Positions 27,962 through 31,616 of a stretch of DNA of 31,616 nucleotides are shown piece by piece; position 1 is the first letter of the stretch; each line of letters begins with the position of its first letter. Below the pieces are notes generated by a model. That model ran no database searches, was not told the DNA's origin, and saw only the letters and a program-made list of their open reading frames with translations. A program made the translations under genes and the position numbers. The stretch spans positions 1 through 31,616 of the forward strand of contig CAVQRZ010000015.1 of assembly GCA_963715335.1 (NCBI GenBank), read 5' to 3'. The stretch comes from an uncultured delta proteobacterium. Its GTDB lineage: Bacteria; Desulfobacterota; Desulfuromonadia; Desulfuromonadales; BM103.

Positions 27962-28096
27962 TTGTAATAACCTCGATTAAGTGGTTTGCGGATACTCGGA
28001 TTCGTGCCTTCTCTCCGGTCTCACGCTGGTGATGAACCTGGGCCACGGGGCACATGGTTCTCAGCCTTTGATGGCGAATGAAACGATGCGCCTGAC

Positions 28097-28393
28097 TTAC
28101 GTTCGATGCCTCTTCGGGCAAGAAAAAATGATCGTTTCAATGACTTTCTCCTCAGCACGTCCAGCGCAATGCCCAGCTTTGATCAAGGCGTCGAAATATA
28201 CCTGAGCCTTGCCTTGCACATGTCTGAGATGTGCACCAAGGACTCCGTCATCATGAAGCTCGCGGTAAAGGTTGGGATGCTGCTCTTTCAAATAGGTTTT
28301 ACGCAATTGTCCAATGTGATACCTGTTCAATATGGCACCTCCTATACTTCTCATATCAGGGACACGAAAGAGCTTCCTCCGCTGTTTGCTCAT
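28097..28393 (-). CDS. TnpV-like small protein
   Basis: IGQLRKTYLKEQHPNLYRELHDDGVLGAHLRHVQGKAQ resembles the TnpV pattern G.MR..YLKEH.P.LY..L...G.L..HL..I...A. Confidence 0.6.
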   Translation of the reverse strand: MSKQRRKLFRVPDMRSIGGAILNRYHIGQLRKTYLKEQHPNLYRELHDDGVLGAHLRHVQGKAQVYFDALIKAGHCAGRAEEKVIETIIFSCPKRHRT

Positions 28394-28463
28394 AGCGTTC
28401 TCTCTCACGGTCGGCCAACAGGGTGAGGCAGGTGAGCAGGAAAGTTGTTTTGAGGGTGTTCAT
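28356..28463 (-). pseudogene. Probable truncated htpX 5' fragment
   Basis: RBS ggag followed by MNTLKTTFLLTCLTLL, typical of an HtpX N-terminus; the frame then diverges and stops after 35 codons. Confidence 0.45.
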
Positions 28464-28549
28464 TTCATTGATCTCCGTATGGTTTGATTGCGCCGTAAGC
28501 AAAAGAAAAGATCTTTACGGCGCGGTAAGATTGTTTTTAAACAAACCCA

Positions 28550-29401
28550 CTATCCACCATAGGAATGTAGCCCGGAAAGTAGCAGGTTGACCCCCAGATA
28601 ACAGAAGATCGTGGCAGCAAAACCGAAGATCGAGAGCCAGGCAGCCCTTCGTCCTACCCAGCCACGAGTAAAACGGGCATGCAGGAAAGCCGCATAGATG
28701 AACCACACGATCAAACTCCAGGTCTCCTTCGGATCCCAACTCCAGTAAGTACCCCAAGCGTAGTTGGCCCAGGCAGCGCCGGTAATGATGCCGAGCGTCA
28801 GCATCGGAAATCCGACCATGATCGCCTTGTAGTTCAAATCATCCAAAACCTTGGTGCTCGGGAACATACCCAGAATGCCGGCAATTGGGGCCTCTTCGCT
28901 CGACTTCTCTTCTTTGCCGGCCTTGACCAGGTACATAATCGAGACTCCACACGCCAGCGCAAAAGCCGCATAACCGATAAAGCAGGTAATAACGTGATAA
29001 GTCAGCCAGTTGCTTTGCAGCGCCGGCACCAATGGGGCGATCGTCGCATCAAGACTCCACTGCGCCCAGATCATAAAGACAAAGGCAATGGGAATAACGA
29101 AAGCACCGATCGCACGCTGCTTGTATTTCAGGTCAAAGAGCAGGTAGATGAGCAGAATCGACCAGGCAAAAAAGACTACGGATTCGTAAAGGTTGGAAAG
29201 AGGTGCCTGTTCATATCCCATCGCATAGGCCTCGTACCAACGCATGCCAATCGCACCGGTGTTGGCAATAAATCCGGCCCAGCAAACCAAGGTCGCGAAG
29301 AAACCGACATTCTCATTTTTAGCGGTCAGATAAACTATAAAAACTACCATCGCAACGAAGTAAGCGATCGTTGTAACATTGAATAAAAGTGAACTGGTCA
29401 T
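28550..29401 (-). CDS. ccsB: System II cytochrome c biogenesis protein CcsB/ResC
   Basis: APLSNLYESVVFFAW, PLVPALQSNWLTYHV, WWD motif WGTYWSWDPKETW, GLHSYG. Confidence 0.95.
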   Translation of the reverse strand: MTSSLLFNVTTIAYFVAMVVFIVYLTAKNENVGFFATLVCWAGFIANTGAIGMRWYEAYAMGYEQAPLSNLYESVVFFAWSILLIYLLFDLKYKQRAIGAFVIPIAFVFMIWAQWSLDATIAPLVPALQSNWLTYHVITCFIGYAAFALACGVSIMYLVKAGKEEKSSEEAPIAGILGMFPSTKVLDDLNYKAIMVGFPMLTLGIITGAAWANYAWGTYWSWDPKETWSLIVWFIYAAFLHARFTRGWVGRRAAWLSIFGFAATIFCYLGVNLLLSGLHSYGG

Positions 29402-29419
29402 CTCGTATTCCTTCATCAG

Positions 29420-29565
29420 GATGACTAAATGCGTCATCGAAATCGTTTTGACTCATCAAAGAAAACGCAAAGTCTGGCTGGTTGCGATGTGTGTTGTCAC
29501 CAACTTTGGCGCCGGCTTCCGGCCAGCGCAACATCCGCGCCCACAGCCACAGCAAGCACATGAAG
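29420..29565 (-). pseudogene. Possible frameshifted remnant of the resB (ccs1) 3' end
   Basis: Translates to GDNTHRNQPDFAF / FDE / DFDDAFS across frameshifts directly upstream of ccsB; resembles the deltaproteobacterial ResB C-terminus as I recall it. Confidence 0.4.
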
Positions 29566-29710
29566 CTTTTGAGTTGATGGAGATAGCCTTTTAGACATCC
29601 GCTCTCTGGAGAGGATGACGCTTGTTGTCCAATTGTGAATTTAGTCAGGAATTAGGGCGAAATCACATATGAAGGCGTGAACCTTCCGGCGATTTCAAGT
29701 GGAGGGCGAA

Positions 29711-30154
29711 TCAATTAAGAAGCACTACTGTCCGATGAGCAAGAAGGGTTTGTGACGTTTTAGTTGGTGGTTGCGGTGCAAGGTTGTTAACAACCAGCTT
29801 GATCCTTGCGGCAGAGATCAGCGATAAGCATTTTGAGATTACAGGAACAGTGGCGGCAGTTGGAATTCTTTTGGTGCGTTTCGAGAAAACTGTCGAGCCC
29901 TGCTGTCTGGAGCAGTCGGGACATGGACCATGTTGTTCGTCACCTAATTGATGGATAGCGGGGAAATCATGACTATCATCTTGGTTGTATATTGGTTCAT
30001 CAGTGCCACAATCCTTCGTCGCTGAGGAGTTGACTCTTTGTGAGCCTTCACCGACCACACACTCAGTACAAGCCAATACATTCCCCGCGGGACTTGCCGC
30101 CAGGAATGCCGAAAGGATGAGGAGGGCTACTGTCTTTTGGAATTTCAGTCGCAT
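29711..30154 (-). CDS. Hypothetical Cys/His-containing protein
   Basis: Signal-like N-terminus, CTEC, HGPCPDC, and C-terminal QPP...LLAHRTVVLLN, a style seen upstream of metal-related operons. Confidence 0.7.
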   Translation of the reverse strand: MRLKFQKTVALLILSAFLAASPAGNVLACTECVVGEGSQRVNSSATKDCGTDEPIYNQDDSHDFPAIHQLGDEQHGPCPDCSRQQGSTVFSKRTKRIPTAATVPVISKCLSLISAARIKLVVNNLAPQPPTKTSQTLLAHRTVVLLN

Positions 30155-30289
30155 GAAATCAAAATAGCACAAGCAGTCTCGAGGATACAATGGAGCGGGC
30201 TTTTTGTTTAAACAGCAAAATCATCTTCATCTTAACCCCTTTAAACGGGGGCTATCAAAATGATGTGTTTCTTGCTCTCCTGACATCTT

Positions 30290-30398
30290 AAAAAAGGCCC
30301 CACAGTCAGGGAGGAAAACTATGGGGCGAGCTTTTCTCTGTTTAGGAGGTTTTGAAGAAGATTATCTCCGACCCGCCTGCCACGGCAAGTCTTCGATG
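30290..30398 (-). ncRNA. Putative ~110-nt sRNA, copy 2
   Basis: Near-identical to 11900-12010; terminator GCCCCATAGTT-TTCCTCCCT-GACTGTGGGGC-CTTTTTT; -10-like TATCTT at 30410-30405. Confidence 0.6.
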
Positions 30399-30528
30399 GT
30401 TGTCAAGATAACGGGTTGTTCAAGAAAAATATACGTGGTGTCTCGTAAAAATTGAATCTACATCACACGAAAATAAACTGTGTAATGGCACACTGCCGAG
30501 TGTCAGGTGGATAGCGTTCAATAAGACG
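30290..30528. repeat. ~240-bp dispersed repeat, copy 2
   Basis: Aligns with 11900-12140 in the same orientation. Confidence 0.95.
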
Positions 30529-30779
30529 ACCGTTTCTACCTGTTTCTAGTCGGCCTGTTTCGTCTCAGTCGTCGTCATCAACGATATTGGTGTCATCAAT
30601 TTGCGTCTCTATTATATGACGGGCATTTTGCAATACTGGTATGAATGGCTTGAAAATTCACTACTGGAGGAATGCATCACGCCATTCTAAACGGCTCTGA
30701 CAACAAATCGTTGTCTCGCCCTGAAGATCAGATATGCTAAATATGGCGGCGGTTCAAGTGAACTGCATAGCCCGAAATT

Positions 30780-30809
30780 AAAAAAGGGCGACCGGCCCGG
30801 TCGCCCTTT
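30780..30809 (-). terminator. Intrinsic terminator of dapL
   Basis: aaagggcgacc-gggcc-ggtcgcccttt followed by a T-tract on the minus strand. Confidence 0.85.
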
Positions 30810-30826
30810 GAGCAGGAATTAACGAT

Positions 30827-31615
30827 CTACTTTCCCCACTTGTCCTTGATCCTCTGCACCGCTGTTTCAACGTTCTTTTTGTCACCGAATGCAGAGAGTC
30901 TGAAATAACCTTCGCCGGAAGGACCGAAGCCGCTGCCGGGAGTACCGACGACGTGACATTCGTTGAGCAGCTTGTCAAAAAAGTCCCAACTGGACAGTCC
31001 CCCCGGTGTTTTAAGCCAGATGTAGGGGGCGTCGACACCGCCGTAGCAGGTGATGCCGGCGGCGGTGAGCCCTTCGCGGATGATGCGGGCGTTGTCCATA
31101 TAGTAGTCGATGATCGCCTTGGTCTCCTTCCACCCCTGTTCCGAGTAGACGGCGGCCGCAGCTTTCTGCACCGGGTAGGAGGCGCCGTTGAACTTGGTAG
31201 TGGTGCGGCGGTTCCAGAGTTTATTGAGGCTGTACTTCTCACCGGTTGCGGTGGTCCCCATCAATTCCTCGGGGACGACCACCAGGCCACAGCGTACGCC
31301 GGTGAAGCCGGCGGTCTTGGAGAAAGAGCGGAACTCGATGGCGCAGGTCCGTGCGCCGTCGATCTCGTAGATCGAGTGCGGAATCCCCGGGGTGGTGATG
31401 AAAGCCTCGTAGGCGGCATCGAAGAAGATGATCGCGCCGTTGGCGTTGGCGTAGTCGACCCAGGTTTTGAGTTGCGCCCTGGTGGTGACGGCGCCGGTCG
31501 GGTTGTTCGGCGAGCAGAGGTAGATGATGTCGACCTTCTCACTGGGCAAAGCCGGGACGAAGTTGTTCTCCTCGGTGCAGGGCATGTAGACGATCCCCTT
31601 GTAGTACCCCTTGGC
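30827..31615 (-). CDS. dapL: LL-diaminopimelate aminotransferase (3' part; 5' end outside the window)
   Basis: [36 protein letters not shown] (PLP Lys), [28 protein letters not shown]. Confidence 0.96.
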   Translation of the reverse strand, partial: AKGYYKGIVYMPCTEENNFVPALPSEKVDIIYLCSPNNPTGAVTTRAQLKTWVDYANANGAIIFFDAAYEAFITTPGIPHSIYEIDGARTCAIEFRSFSKTAGFTGVRCGLVVVPEELMGTTATGEKYSLNKLWNRRTTTKFNGASYPVQKAAAAVYSEQGWKETKAIIDYYMDNARIIREGLTAAGITCYGGVDAPYIWLKTPGGLSSWDFFDKLLNECHVVGTPGSGFGPSGEGYFRLSAFGDKKNVETAVQRIKDKWGK

Positions 31616-31616
31616 A

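Noticed and set aside
11900..30528. The two 240-bp direct repeats as ends of an 18-kb composite mobile element
   Set aside because: The enclosed region has housekeeping genes (uup, dus, cvfB-like) and no integrase or transposase; the repeats look like promoter + RNA units.
30722..30778. Possible tRNA-like end (ccgccgcca on the minus strand) next to the dapL terminator
   Set aside because: No T-arm or acceptor-stem pairing recognisable.
1..31616. CRISPR array, rRNA, intact transposase or phage genes
   Set aside because: No regularly spaced repeats or such sequences were seen.

Overview
Bacterial chromosomal window, most consistent with a Desulfuromonadales/Geobacter-like deltaproteobacterium (inferred from gene content and the riboswitch). 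GC-rich housekeeping genes (HI0933-family flavoprotein, hflK, hflC, murB, a Dus-family enzyme, uup, a CvfB-like protein, partial dapL) alternate with visibly AT-richer accessory segments. Features not shown by the ORF track: (1) a split YeeE/YedE transporter whose first subunit very probably reads through an in-frame TGA as selenocysteine at the conserved GxC-P/T-SGH cysteine, with a SECIS-like hairpin, next to an exported tandem rhodanese; (2) three (possibly four) dispersed, homologous promoter + ~110-nt sRNA-like units carrying exposed anti-Shine-Dalgarno CCUCC motifs; (3) a sigma54 promoter and c-di-GMP-I riboswitch upstream of a Nudix-fold gene with a degenerate catalytic box; (4) a ~530-bp non-coding MITE-like element with palindromic terminal inverted repeats; (5) a decayed tRNA-Pro(TGG); (6) an orphan ccsB flanked by probable resB and htpX remnants and a TnpV-like ORF. 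All calls were made by eye; no database searches or folding programs were run.
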